64,000 bases of DNA from positions 1 through 64,000 of the IMG/VR virus record IMGVR_UViG_3300048927_000308; one strand, written 5' to 3'. A program made the position numbers and the translations under genes. Positions 10,257-20,289 of the stretch are shown here, in pieces; position 1 is the first letter of the stretch, and the number at the start of each line of letters is the position of its first letter. Origin of the DNA: a virus. The notes under the pieces were generated by a model that saw nothing but the letters and a program-made list of their open reading frames with translations, was not told the DNA's origin and made no database searches.

Positions 10257-10826
10257 TTATCCCTTTTTGTAGCAAATAGCTTCGGCGGCACTATGCAAAA
10301 CGCCATCTGAAAGGCCTGGATTCTGGCGCTTTTGCTTCTGCAATTCGGCCGCTACGCAGCTTTTAAAGTCGGTGCTGCTTAAGGATGGCTGCTGTCGCAT
10401 GCCTGGCGCATTTTTAATGGACTCGATGCCATTTTTGCCAGCATCTTCTTTGCGGACAGCGTTGCTGGCCACCAATACTCCCCAGCTTGGGATCGCGAAG
10501 TCTGGCGCAGTTTCACAGGCTTTTACCATGTAGTCAAAGGAGCTGCGATTGACAGAATTTACGTCCGGATTCAGCAAACGGGAGTATTGTTGTTTCGTAT
10601 TTTCGTTGGTAGAAACCTTGTAGAGCTCCTCCTGCACCATGGCTTCTGAAAGTTTAAGGCGCTTCATGTCGGAAACTAGCAGTTGACGCATTGATTCATC
10701 TTCGCTGACAGCGAACCCGTATACGTGGCCGAGATACTTTGTGTAATCAGTGCAGATTTCATTAAGACTGGATGAGGCATTAGCGGTGCCTGCGAAAAAA
10801 CACAGGGCTAAGACTACATTTTTCAT
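10257..10826 (-). CDS. Secreted/periplasmic hypothetical protein
   Basis: Signal peptide MKNVVLALCFFAGTANA; four Cys in the mature part; C1 operator upstream. Confidence 0.75.
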   Translation of the reverse strand: MKNVVLALCFFAGTANASSSLNEICTDYTKYLGHVYGFAVSEDESMRQLLVSDMKRLKLSEAMVQEELYKVSTNENTKQQYSRLLNPDVNSVNRSSFDYMVKACETAPDFAIPSWGVLVASNAVRKEDAGKNGIESIKNAPGMRQQPSLSSTDFKSCVAAELQKQKRQNPGLSDGVLHSAAEAICYKKG

Positions 10827-10899
10827 GTTTTTGCTCGTTATCATTACCATAACTTGATAATAGCCTGAAAAAACACATGAAAATAGTGGACATACATAC

Positions 10900-10916
10900 A
10901 TTGCTCTAATAGAAAA
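10900..10916 (+). promoter_or_regulatory. C1 repressor operator
   Basis: ATTGCTCTAATAGAAAA versus P1 consensus ATTGCTCTAATAAATTT. Confidence 0.7.
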
Positions 10917-10958
10917 ATGCCCCAGCGGCAGCTAGGGCATTTCGCATCGAGTTGAAAC

Positions 10959-11468
10959 TTAGTCCCAATCGATCCAGTTGTACACAATACGCAGCGGCGG
11001 GCGAACAGCTGCCGTCACGTCTTCTGTGCTCATATCAATCGCATCACTGTAGATTTTACAGTCCAACATCTCGATAGTGGTAGCCGGATTTGTTGCGACA
11101 GCGGTGCTGCTCGCTTTAGATTCCGGTGTAGCCGCCATGGTGATATCTACATAATCCTTCGCAGCAATGCGTGCTTTGATGAATTGAAGAATTTCACCTT
11201 CAATCGTTTCGACACATTGAACTTGCAATTCACCAGAGTTACGGATAGGACCGTGCTGGTTAAATTTGAGACCGTTCGGGCCGTAATCTTCTACGTCCTC
11301 ACGCGTCATCTCAGGGATCTGCGCGGTACGCACAAGCACGCTGAGCCCTTCATGACCGGCGAAGGTGAGCTGAAATTCGGAAGAAACCAACTTCTCCCCT
11401 TTTGCCACGTTAGCGGTGTAGCGGTTTTTAAGGAACGCTTTGTTCCCCTTGGTGTTACTGTGTCCCAT
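10959..11468 (-). CDS. bplB: Tail tube protein BplB
   Basis: 169 aa, MGHSNTKGN... N-terminus, tube-like, P1 synteny. Confidence 0.75.
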   Translation of the reverse strand: MGHSNTKGNKAFLKNRYTANVAKGEKLVSSEFQLTFAGHEGLSVLVRTAQIPEMTREDVEDYGPNGLKFNQHGPIRNSGELQVQCVETIEGEILQFIKARIAAKDYVDITMAATPESKASSTAVATNPATTIEMLDCKIYSDAIDMSTEDVTAAVRPPLRIVYNWIDWD

Positions 11469-11478
11469 TAAGATCCCT

Positions 11479-12054
11479 CTATTGGAATACGCCTAAAATT
11501 TCAGAACCGTTATAAACACGGGAACCGCTTAACTGAAGGTTAACCGTGTTGCGAAGAAACAGACCTGTGCTATCACGCGGGGCATCGAGGTCAAAGCTCA
11601 AATCCTGAATGATAACGTCCGTAATATTGATACGGCGCCCGATATTCAAAATCACGCGCTCCGGAATTCGGCCTCCAACATTCGCGTCTTTCAATTCAGG
11701 ACTGATCATTGCTGATAGAGCTGCTATCGCGCCGGATACCTCAACGAACGGGTTATATTGTGCCAGAAACGTCATTGGTAGAGTTACAGTTGGGGGTGTG
11801 CCCCCCTCCCATACCATCAATGTATTCCAGCGTGCTACAGAGGTCATTTCCGTGCCAGCCTGAGCAAAGCCACTCATCGCCCCGGCAACTGAGCCCATCG
11901 TCATCCCCGTAAATGGCGCTTCCCAGCTCTGCGCGATATTCATCGCCGCACCCTGGTTGATATAGCCAGTAACAGAGTATTTGCTGGTAGTCAGCGTGAC
12001 TTTAAGATAGTCGGATACTCCATCTTGAGGATAAATCGCGCCGTAGAATTCCAT
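11479..12054 (-). CDS. pmgG: Tail tube initiator/baseplate protein PmgG
   Basis: 191 aa between gene 21 and bplB. Confidence 0.7.
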   Translation of the reverse strand: MEFYGAIYPQDGVSDYLKVTLTTSKYSVTGYINQGAAMNIAQSWEAPFTGMTMGSVAGAMSGFAQAGTEMTSVARWNTLMVWEGGTPPTVTLPMTFLAQYNPFVEVSGAIAALSAMISPELKDANVGGRIPERVILNIGRRINITDVIIQDLSFDLDAPRDSTGLFLRNTVNLQLSGSRVYNGSEILGVFQ

Positions 12055-12089
12055 GATGATTCAAGGCCGGATCACTCCGGCCTCTCCTT

Positions 12090-12896
12090 TTAGCCGAGGC
12101 GCTTACGGCGCAACTTCATGGATTTTTTACGAGCCAGTTTGGCCGCTCCAGTGTTAGCTTTGCGACGAGCTTTTTTCAACGCAGATTTTTGCGCTGCGGT
12201 CAGGCGTTTTTTACGCAGACGTTTTTTGATGAGCTTCACTTCGCCGTTTCGGACCACTTTTTTGAATGCTTCAGTCAGCATGTCATCTGAGGAACCGGCA
12301 ACCACGAACGCAGCTTCAATCTCGTCGCGATCTTCGCCGTCGAGATCAGCAAGCGCGGCACCGACTTCCGACGCTGCATCGTCATCCTCATCGTCTGCCA
12401 GTGCTTCGATCAGCTCGTCATCAACACCGCATGCCGCAAGAAAGTTTGCAATATTTGCCCATGCGTAGTTATACGCATCTTCTTGTTCATCGGTAACTTC
12501 GTCGTCATCATCGGAAATACCTGCAATAGCCTGAGCGTAACCGTCCAGCTCGTCATACGTGAGCAAACCTCCATCCGCCCACGCAAACACAGCATCTGCT
12601 GCATTACTCAGATCGTTTTGGGCAGCACTACGATTCGCAGCTTCAAGAATCAACTGGTGGACCTGCTCGATAGTCATCTTGCCGCCACGGCCTTCCAGCA
12701 TCGGGTCAACTCGTGCCGGATCTGGTTGAGGAGCATGGGTCGGATCCGGGACTGGTTCCGGTTCCGGTTTCGGCTCAGGAGCTGGCTGTTGAGGTGCGCG
12801 CGCTGACTCCATCAGCTGAATCGGATCCTGGCTCATGGCAAAACGGGTTAAGCCATTACCCAGGAATGCGCCAGTTTCAAAAAAGTTCTTTTTCAT
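12090..12896 (-). CDS. Virion protein gp21-like (Pro-rich linker, acidic core, basic tail)
   Basis: Follows the sheath gene; ends with KKARRKA...RKKSMKLRRKRLG. Confidence 0.7.
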   Translation of the reverse strand: MKKNFFETGAFLGNGLTRFAMSQDPIQLMESARAPQQPAPEPKPEPEPVPDPTHAPQPDPARVDPMLEGRGGKMTIEQVHQLILEAANRSAAQNDLSNAADAVFAWADGGLLTYDELDGYAQAIAGISDDDDEVTDEQEDAYNYAWANIANFLAACGVDDELIEALADDEDDDAASEVGAALADLDGEDRDEIEAAFVVAGSSDDMLTEAFKKVVRNGEVKLIKKRLRKKRLTAAQKSALKKARRKANTGAAKLARKKSMKLRRKRLG

Positions 12897-12906
12897 TCAT
12901 CTTCCC

Positions 12907-14496
12907 TTACTTAATCAGTACCGGCACACCCTGAATACGGCGGGCCACGCCAGTCGGGCAGCATGCCCAAACCACTTCCCACTCATCAAAATCTGCTTGA
13001 GTGACTTTCAGCACATACGGTTCCGTACCGTCAGAATCTGGATCGCGTGGCGTTACCAACGCACCAGCCGCAACAAAGCGGTCAAGAAGCTTTGTCATGC
13101 CCTTTCTCAGGCCGGATTCGGTGATACCGTCCGGGTTGTGCTTCAGTTGGCGCGCCAGTTGCACAAAGAAACGGCTAATGGTGTTCATCAGAGACGGGAC
13201 ATGCTGGAAGCGCAGATAGTTGTTCTGCGTACAGCAGGTCAGCGCATCGTCAATAATCATCTTGCCATTGGTGCCTACAGCGACTTTGTTCAGGCGGCCA
13301 GTGACCATTGCCTCTTCGTCTGGAGCGTCTTCTGGATACAAAGGCTGGATAGAAGCACGAGAAATTACGCCGCGCTCTTCACCTGCTGGAGAATAATGCC
13401 ACCCGCCGACGTCAGCATTTTTCTTCACCCCACGTGCTTTGGCCGCGTATGCAGCGCCGGACAAACCGAAGGCCACACGAGATTGCGTCCATTTATCTTT
13501 GCAACTGAACGGGAAGTGGTAGACACAGCAGCTAACATGGTCTGCTCCTAGCAGTCCGGTAGCTTCCACCGCTTCCAAAGCTTCCGAGTAGGTCAGCGTT
13601 GGGCGAACATCAAAGAAACCGTCGATCAGGCGGTCTGAGCAGATATCACCCAGCGCAGTTATCGCAGCATCGTCATAACAGCCCAGCCCCAAGACAGCGG
13701 TATACATTACCGGAGCATTATCCAGAGCTTTGACGGCGCGCTGGTACGCTTGAGAGGTAATATTGTTTTGGTCACCATTGGTGCCGCCAGTAAAACGCAG
13801 GTCTTTTTGTGCTTTAATCACAACGGAGGCGATTAGATCGTTGCTTACGACTGCGCGAAGATAACGCGAGCGAGCTTCCAAAGCGGACGGCAAATAACAT
13901 AGGCGGCCCATATCATCTTTCGCTTCCTCAGCAAGCGAAACGGTATGAGTTTCCAATGTATTCACAACACCCAGCGAACTGGTTTGGGTCAGCTTCAGGA
14001 TGAAACGCTCATTGCCAGCCCCATCCGGGTTGGTGAGCTCCAGTGACAATTCGCGAGTAGGAGAAACGCACGGGTCGCCATCGTCTACGTAAATACCAAA
14101 TGCTTCACCACTATCTAACTGAACTTCGGAGCCATAAGGCAGCGCATCATAAGCTGGTTCGCACTTTTCGTTAAAAGTAACGATAGGGAATTTAGCGTCA
14201 TCCGCCACCACGCGCACCACATAACCGGACGTCTGCTCCACAGCTTCATAAATGTGGCGCATCGGTTCGAACTGGCCACCCGAAGAGGGCTTGAGTGGAT
14301 CACCCAGGACATCAAGGTAATTAGATTTGGTAACAGACAGCACGGTAAATGGTTTGCCGCGACTAAACACCCCTACACCAGCCCACAGGCTAGCATTAAG
14401 AGTCAGGCCAGCAGACAAGGTGGCATCTGCATTAATTGGGCTTACCGCAACCGCAGAAGCATTACCAAGCGACTGCTGAATTGAATATTGAGACAT
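12907..14496 (-). CDS. Tail sheath protein gp22
   Basis: 529 aa with sheath motif WHYSPAGEERG, directly downstream of the capsid gene. Confidence 0.85.
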   Translation of the reverse strand: MSQYSIQQSLGNASAVAVSPINADATLSAGLTLNASLWAGVGVFSRGKPFTVLSVTKSNYLDVLGDPLKPSSGGQFEPMRHIYEAVEQTSGYVVRVVADDAKFPIVTFNEKCEPAYDALPYGSEVQLDSGEAFGIYVDDGDPCVSPTRELSLELTNPDGAGNERFILKLTQTSSLGVVNTLETHTVSLAEEAKDDMGRLCYLPSALEARSRYLRAVVSNDLIASVVIKAQKDLRFTGGTNGDQNNITSQAYQRAVKALDNAPVMYTAVLGLGCYDDAAITALGDICSDRLIDGFFDVRPTLTYSEALEAVEATGLLGADHVSCCVYHFPFSCKDKWTQSRVAFGLSGAAYAAKARGVKKNADVGGWHYSPAGEERGVISRASIQPLYPEDAPDEEAMVTGRLNKVAVGTNGKMIIDDALTCCTQNNYLRFQHVPSLMNTISRFFVQLARQLKHNPDGITESGLRKGMTKLLDRFVAAGALVTPRDPDSDGTEPYVLKVTQADFDEWEVVWACCPTGVARRIQGVPVLIK

Positions 14497-14549
14497 AACT
14501 TTCCCTGTTATGCGCCCCTGTAGGGGCGCTCAATTAAACGACCGAGTGA

Positions 14550-16253
14550 TTACTCAGATTTACCGGAATTGATGGTGTCGCCGGTCAGGAAGTTAATACC
14601 GCCATCCTTCGCCATAGTGAGAGTGACTTTAGTGAAGTAGTCAGCGCCATTGCGTGGGTGCATGTCGTTAACAGCAGAACCCCACAGAGTCGTACGGTTC
14701 ACAAGGGCAGTGCTGGTCGGGTGCTGGAACGGAACGGCAGGAACCGCATCGCCGGTAACGAAGCCAGCTTTACCCGGGTTCTCATCACGCACGTAACACA
14801 GAATGTCCATGCTCGTGAAGTCCATGCCTTCAGAAGACAGGTTTTCACAGACACCTACCGGTACTTCGAACACCTTCACGTTGTTCCACAAAGTACCGAT
14901 GTAATGAACATACGGAGTCTGCGTGTAATCTTCCGCAGGCTGGAAGAAGCTTGGCGGCAGCTGCTTGAAGAATGATGCGGCATCTGCACCAGCAAACATG
15001 CCCTGCGCACCAGAGGATTTCACGCGCTCGATGATGTCCCGGAAAACGGTCTGGAATTTACCCTTAATGATGGTCGCCCAAACATTAAAGTCTTGATTGC
15101 CCGGCAGAGCGATATCGAAAGAATCGCTGTGAAGGGTACGCCAAACCATGATGCGCAGGCGCAACATATCCTGTTCGTGCGCCAGGTAGTCTTTCAGAGT
15201 GCGGAATTGCAGGGAGCCGAGATCGATACCAAATTCGCGCTGCGCTTCATACGCCGCCTGAACGGTGTGTTCAGCAGCAATAACATACTGGCTTGGGAAC
15301 AGAGTGTATTTCGCCATCTCATGGTTGATGAGAGGGATCAGCTCCGGTGCAGCTTCGATGTTAATCTCAGTCTCGATAGCGATTTCCGTGCCTTGATCTG
15401 GCGCTTCAGAGAAAGACAAGTCGATAACACCGGTGTTGTAGTTCAGCGAGCCTGTAACAGTAATTTGTTTACCAGCGGCGTTAGTGAATGTGTGCAGCAG
15501 GGTGCTGGCACCGTTGTCTACACCAGACTTAATACGGTTTACGTAGATATTGGAGCGGCCTTTACGAATTGGCACGGCCTGGCCTTCAAAATCAGCCATT
15601 TTGAAGCTAAAGGCTTTGGCAGAACCATCAGCGCTGGCCACCAGCACGTAGCGACGACGCAGCTGGCTATAGACGCCTACAGATTGCATATCCAAGGTGT
15701 CGCCAGCAGCATAGGAACCGAAAGAGGAACCAGCTACGTTCATGATCTCGTAAATATCAGACTGGTCGCGAGTTACCGGGATAAAGGTGCAAGCATCAGA
15801 GGTTGCTGCGCCCAGCTGTGCAGGCAAAATCATCGCGAGGAACAGTGGCAGGCGCATAACGCCGTCAGAAACACTCATCATGTCTTTAGAGACAGATTCC
15901 AGCATCGCCTGAGTGGTCTTGCCCATATCCTTACGAGCAGATTCCAGCAGGCAATTTTCCAGAGTCTGGTGACAAGACGCCAGCACTTCGGGACGTGGCA
16001 AGGTTTTGTGCTTAGCGGAAAAGTCCGCCAGCGCGCCAGCCCACGCAGTTGCGATCTGACCGGTCACACTGTCATGAACGCCTTCAAAAATAGGGTCTTT
16101 TGACGCAGCTTCGAAAATGCTGGCGGCGCGAGCGTTATCATCGGCGATGAAAACGCCATCTTTAAACTGTGCGGCACTCGCCCAACCCAAAACAGCTTTG
16201 GAGCGTTTTGCAATGTCGGCCAGACGTGCCTGATATTCATGCAGATTGTTCAA
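14550..16253 (-). CDS. Major capsid protein gp23
   Basis: 567 aa, TTG start with AGGA RBS, late promoter upstream, adjacent to parS as in P1. Confidence 0.9.
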   Translation of the reverse strand: MNNLHEYQARLADIAKRSKAVLGWASAAQFKDGVFIADDNARAASIFEAASKDPIFEGVHDSVTGQIATAWAGALADFSAKHKTLPRPEVLASCHQTLENCLLESARKDMGKTTQAMLESVSKDMMSVSDGVMRLPLFLAMILPAQLGAATSDACTFIPVTRDQSDIYEIMNVAGSSFGSYAAGDTLDMQSVGVYSQLRRRYVLVASADGSAKAFSFKMADFEGQAVPIRKGRSNIYVNRIKSGVDNGASTLLHTFTNAAGKQITVTGSLNYNTGVIDLSFSEAPDQGTEIAIETEINIEAAPELIPLINHEMAKYTLFPSQYVIAAEHTVQAAYEAQREFGIDLGSLQFRTLKDYLAHEQDMLRLRIMVWRTLHSDSFDIALPGNQDFNVWATIIKGKFQTVFRDIIERVKSSGAQGMFAGADAASFFKQLPPSFFQPAEDYTQTPYVHYIGTLWNNVKVFEVPVGVCENLSSEGMDFTSMDILCYVRDENPGKAGFVTGDAVPAVPFQHPTSTALVNRTTLWGSAVNDMHPRNGADYFTKVTLTMAKDGGINFLTGDTINSGKSE

Positions 16254-16302
16254 AACTTTGTCCTTTCAAACAGGGCACCGCAGTGGAACTCTTTTCAGGA
16301 CA

Positions 16303-16322
16303 GAGTTTAAAAAAAGTCACTT
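16303..16322 (-). promoter_or_regulatory. Lpa-dependent late promoter for gene 23
   Basis: AAGTGACTT (-22 box, P1 consensus AAGTTACTT), then 4 nt, then TAAACT (-10). Confidence 0.75.
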
Positions 16323-16390
16323 GTGGAAATTTAAGAGGCAAGCTTTTTTTTTGATGGAGTAGGGTAGGGGAGGAAAGAACGGCAGCTAAA

Positions 16391-16472
16391 GCGGGAATTT
16401 CAATATGAAATAAAACAGAGAAAAACTTTATAAACATATAGTTAAACCTGAAATTGGCGCGGGACATTTCAG
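16391..16472. other. parS: parS partition site
   Basis: A boxes ATTTCA/TGAAAT and B boxes GCGGGA (TCCCGC) flank an AT-rich spacer, downstream of parB. Confidence 0.75.
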
Positions 16473-16509
16473 GCGTGAGAGGGACATGATCTCCCTCTCT
16501 TTAACCGAA

Positions 16510-17475
16510 CTATTCGCCTATTGGCATCTTCTCAATAATTCTTTTTATTGCCTCGTCGATTTCAGTTTGAACGTCCGATGGGAGACGGGAGAACTCATAA
16601 GCGATAACCCGCTTTTTCGCATCGATCTTCTTCCGGGCGTATTGCCTGCGGTCGGAGAACTCGCGTAGCTTTTCCACCGCGACGGTTTTAACCGGCGCAG
16701 GCTTCAGGCTTTTGCTCTCCGCCTTGAAGATGGCCAGTATTTTTGATTTATCTTCTTTCGCGCCTTCTGTTTCAGCGATGCGATCGCGTACCGTCTCCAC
16801 CAGCTCGTCAATCGGCACGCCTTTGACATTGGCATCCTCGGCAATCTGGAGCAGCAGCTGGTAGTCAGCCAGTGAGAGATCACTGGAAACAGGGAAGACG
16901 GCAATCATTTCGTCCGGCACCGCCGCCGCCTGGAATGCGCGGGTTACTTTGGCAGGAGATATGTTCTCAGCACGGGCGATCTCTTCTTTGGTCATGCCTT
17001 TGCCGTACATCACCTCAAACCGTTTCCCCAGCTCGCGTAAGGTGTGTTCGCGAGCGGTCTGGATGTCAATTGCCAACTGGCGGGCGTCCGCCAGGCTGAT
17101 CTCATCTTTCGTTACCAGAATCTCAAATTTAGTTTCGTTGAAGATACATGAGGCCCGGCGACGCGAACCGTCCAGCACCTCAATGCGATCCCCAACCATA
17201 CGGCCGATGGCCGGGAAAAACTGCTGCAATTTGATGGTGCGTGAAATGTCGCTTACAGACTCAGGAGTGAGCAGCGACTGATCGCGTCCGTTAACTGCCG
17301 GGTCAACAAAGGTGCGTGCCTCAATATCGCCGCTCAGCACGACGGTATGCACAAACGTAGCCTGTTTGCCTGATTTGAGCGTGAAGGTTTTGGTGCCGTC
17401 GCCGCTTTCAAGCATGCGGGCGAACTCAGAGCTTCCTTTACCCAGCACGCGCCCACGGGAAACTATTTTCTTCAT
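16510..17475 (-). CDS. parB: Partition protein ParB (P1/P7 family)
   Basis: Motifs QQFFPAIGR and LDGSRRR plus an HTH. Confidence 0.95.
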   Translation of the reverse strand: MKKIVSRGRVLGKGSSEFARMLESGDGTKTFTLKSGKQATFVHTVVLSGDIEARTFVDPAVNGRDQSLLTPESVSDISRTIKLQQFFPAIGRMVGDRIEVLDGSRRRASCIFNETKFEILVTKDEISLADARQLAIDIQTAREHTLRELGKRFEVMYGKGMTKEEIARAENISPAKVTRAFQAAAVPDEMIAVFPVSSDLSLADYQLLLQIAEDANVKGVPIDELVETVRDRIAETEGAKEDKSKILAIFKAESKSLKPAPVKTVAVEKLREFSDRRQYARKKIDAKKRVIAYEFSRLPSDVQTEIDEAIKRIIEKMPIGE

Positions 17476-18683
17476 GCTGCATCGCCTCTTACAAATTCAA
17501 TTCGGTCAAATACGGCCTTAGTGAAACGCTCGGCCTCTGTACGCGCTTTTTTCAGCGCCTCAGCGCTCCCAGGATACGACGCCGGATTAGCGCTGATAAT
17601 GGTGTCAAAAGACTCACCACAGCGCTCAAAACCATCCAAGCGTGGCAGGGAAGAGTCCAGAATATTGCTGGCGTAAACCTCGCGCGCGAGGCTGTGTGAC
17701 GTCTCGTGATCGCGCTTGCCGGTCATCTTTGACATAAAGCCAATGCTGGCGCTCAGTCGCGGCTGTACACCTTCCTCTTCCAGCTGCTCCAGCATTTCCG
17801 GCAGACGGGTGAGGTACTTCAGCGTTGAGTGGAAGTCTACCTGTGCTGGTGGGGTAGGGGTCAGCAACAGATCGCTGGCGGCCAGCCCGTTAAGCAGGAA
17901 CGGATCCAGGTGCGGCCCGGTGTCGATAAAGATGAAATCATAATCGTCAGCAACGCGATCAATGATATTCCGCTGAAGAATTTCGTACTGGTTTTGCCCC
18001 GGCAGATGCTCCTCAACCAGCTCCTTCCATTGGCTGGCCACAAAGCCATCGTCGATAGATGCCGGGATAACGTCAACGCCAGGAACGATAGTGGGGCGGA
18101 TCACTTCTTTGCGCAGCGTCTCTGCGTCCAGGTCGTTCAGCATGGCCTGGGCGGCAGTTTCCAGAATGGAGCCAATGCTGTGAGTGTGGTCGAGGAACAT
18201 CGTGCTGGAGGCCTGCGGGTCCATGTCGATAACCAGAATACGCAGATCATGACGTAACAAATCCTGATGTACGCGCAGCGCGTGCGCCAGCGTTACAGTT
18301 GAAACGGTTTTGGACACGCCGCCTTTCAGGTTTACGACAAAAATAACGTAAGGCGATTTGTGAATGTCGCGGTATTTGGGGATCTTGCGGTGGGCGTAAA
18401 TATCAATGACGTTCTGGATGGTCAGCGCGTACTGCTCAACGTTACCGACCTGCTTCTTGTTGAACTCATACCCGCCGTCTTCCATCTCCTTGATGGCCTG
18501 CTCCACAATCCGACGGCTCAGCTTCGGCAGCTTGGCCACGGCGTTACGGGTGAACGTTTGGTAATACTCTGTCTGGTTGAACTCTTTGCGCTGATCTTCA
18601 ATGTCCTGGCTCATGGCCTTCAGCAGAGAACTCGCACGCAGGGCAATAGTGCCTACACCGCCGTAATCGCGTTTCATCATCAT
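17472..18683 (-). CDS. parA: Partition ATPase ParA (P7-like)
   Basis: Deviant Walker A KGGVSKT and DMDPQAS; N-terminus MKRDYGGVGTIALRAS resembles P7 ParA. Confidence 0.95.
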   Translation of the reverse strand: MMMKRDYGGVGTIALRASSLLKAMSQDIEDQRKEFNQTEYYQTFTRNAVAKLPKLSRRIVEQAIKEMEDGGYEFNKKQVGNVEQYALTIQNVIDIYAHRKIPKYRDIHKSPYVIFVVNLKGGVSKTVSTVTLAHALRVHQDLLRHDLRILVIDMDPQASSTMFLDHTHSIGSILETAAQAMLNDLDAETLRKEVIRPTIVPGVDVIPASIDDGFVASQWKELVEEHLPGQNQYEILQRNIIDRVADDYDFIFIDTGPHLDPFLLNGLAASDLLLTPTPPAQVDFHSTLKYLTRLPEMLEQLEEEGVQPRLSASIGFMSKMTGKRDHETSHSLAREVYASNILDSSLPRLDGFERCGESFDTIISANPASYPGSAEALKKARTEAERFTKAVFDRIEFVRGDAA

Positions 18684-18795
18684 CTCCTTATCGTTTCGTA
18701 TTAGGGGATTGTACGTGCATTACTGCTACGTGCAACTTTTTTTGATATGAGCGTGATTTGTTGCACAGAATATAATTACGATTAGTCCACTTAAC

Positions 18796-19050
18796 ATGTG
18801 CGCTGGCGGGATAGCAAAGATCCAGAATGTGCGGCAGAGGGTAAGCAAGGAGTAAGGTGTGTGCTGTAGGGAGATGGGGGAGCAAAGATGTGCGCTGGAG
18901 GGAATAAATCAGGTTTTAGATGTGTGCTGGAGGGCAATACAACGCTGGGCACCAGCAGGTACCCCGTCAGCGCACACGAAAAGATGATAATCAGGCTGGT
19001 CTTCCCGGCAGCGCACATTTTTAAACAGCAACTGCCCACCAGCGCACACT
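18796..19050. repeat. incA copy-control iterons (~8 copies, both orientations)
   Basis: Repeats such as ATGTGCGCTGGAGGGA and CCCGTCAGCGCACAC match the P1 iteron GATGTGTGCTGGAGGGAAA. Confidence 0.9.
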
Positions 19051-19913
19051 TATTCTGGCAGCTTCAGCTTAGGATTCCGGGAGTGGACGATGATGAAGTT
19101 TTCCCGGCCTTTTTTCTCAATGGTGCAGTCGAGATAGCCGATAGTCTTCAGCTGCTCAATGGCTTTTTTGATGGTACGGTTTTGTTCGCTGACGGATGAC
19201 ATAAGCGCCAGCCGCTCGCGAATGCGTTCGAAGGAGATCGGGATAGGGCGAGCGGGTAGGCTTTCAATAAACGTGTAAATAGCCTGAGCGGCTTCTTTCT
19301 TCGGGAGTGCCCGCAATGCGTGTTGTTGCAACAACACCCGATAATCAAGCTGGAAGATCTCCCACAGCTTAGAATCTGCTTCCAGTTCCACTATGTCACG
19401 ATCAGCGTCGAAATAGCCGGTCTTCAGCAGGCCGGTGTTGTAGCTACCTTTGGCGCTTTTGCCACGCTTAAAGGAGATCCCCTTGTTACGCAGGCGGCCG
19501 AGCGATTCATGAATGGTGTTTCGCAGCTTACCGTCCAGACGCTTTGACGGGAAACCACATGCTTTCGCGAACTCCTGGAATGATAACTGGATAGTATTGG
19601 ATTCCAGACCGTATTTGCTGAACGAGTAAATTACGCCGATCCATACCTTAAAATCTGTATCCATATCGAGCCGCGGACCGGTTATTTTGATATTGTCATA
19701 ACCTTCAGCCTGAGCGATCTCAAGCTGGGAGAAAACTCGGGAGGCGTCGATCTCATTATTTTCAGCCTGGCTCTTGGTTGGCTTCGGTACGAATACACCT
19801 AAACGCATAAGCGCCACAGGTTGTACGGTGTTGTTTGAATTTACTGTTAACTCTTTGGCTTTGCTTTCAATGTCTGCGTACAGAACATCAGAGATAAATG
19901 GTTTGTTCATCAA
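19050..19913 (-). CDS. repA: Plasmid replication initiator RepA (P1/IncY-like)
   Basis: FISDVLYADIESKAKELTVNSNNTVQPVALMRLGVF and C-terminal HSRNPKLKLPE match P1 RepA. Confidence 0.95.
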   Translation of the reverse strand: MMNKPFISDVLYADIESKAKELTVNSNNTVQPVALMRLGVFVPKPTKSQAENNEIDASRVFSQLEIAQAEGYDNIKITGPRLDMDTDFKVWIGVIYSFSKYGLESNTIQLSFQEFAKACGFPSKRLDGKLRNTIHESLGRLRNKGISFKRGKSAKGSYNTGLLKTGYFDADRDIVELEADSKLWEIFQLDYRVLLQQHALRALPKKEAAQAIYTFIESLPARPIPISFERIRERLALMSSVSEQNRTIKKAIEQLKTIGYLDCTIEKKGRENFIIVHSRNPKLKLPE

Positions 19914-19929
19914 AGGCTTACCATAGTGT

Positions 19930-20188
19930 TGTGGATAATGTTATCGGCATTGGATAACTTATCACTCGCTCCCGTCAGCACACATCCTATATCCCGCCAG
20001 CACACATTTACAACCCTCCAGCGCACATTATTTTCCCGTCAGCACACACTAAATTCCCTCCAGCACACATCTTAATATGGCTCCCGGCCAGAGCTGGCGC
20101 GCGCTTCAGCGTAGCGGGATCTGTTTGGAACTACTTAGATCTACTTAGGATCTAATTATTGGATCTATCCAGTGGATAATGTGGATAA
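19930..20188. other. oriR: five incC iterons, GATC repeats and DnaA boxes
   Basis: Five CCC(G/T)(T/C)CAGC(A/G)CACA repeats at ~21-22 bp spacing (about 19971-20071), a GATCT cluster (about 20117-20167), tandem GTGGATAA boxes (20172-20188) and TGTGGATAA at 19930. Confidence 0.9.
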
Positions 20189-20289
20189 GTGAAAAACCGG
20201 CCACAGTGGACCGGTTTGAGGGGGTAGTACAATATCAGGCTGGTGGTCAACTGCTCACTAAATTTCTGCTTCAGAAGTTAGCCTTCCAT

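Noticed and set aside
12740-12790. GGTTCC/GGTTTC short tandem repeats
   Set aside because: They simply encode the Pro-Glu linker of gp21.
15093-16103. 336-aa + strand ORF (and similar ones at 12835-13551, 6266-6907 and 60307-60987)
   Set aside because: Antisense shadows of well-supported minus-strand genes, with no recognisable motifs.
18796-20071. Regularly spaced ~19-bp repeats resembling a CRISPR array
   Set aside because: They are RepA iterons (incA/incC) flanking repA. The spacers are too short and there are no cas genes.
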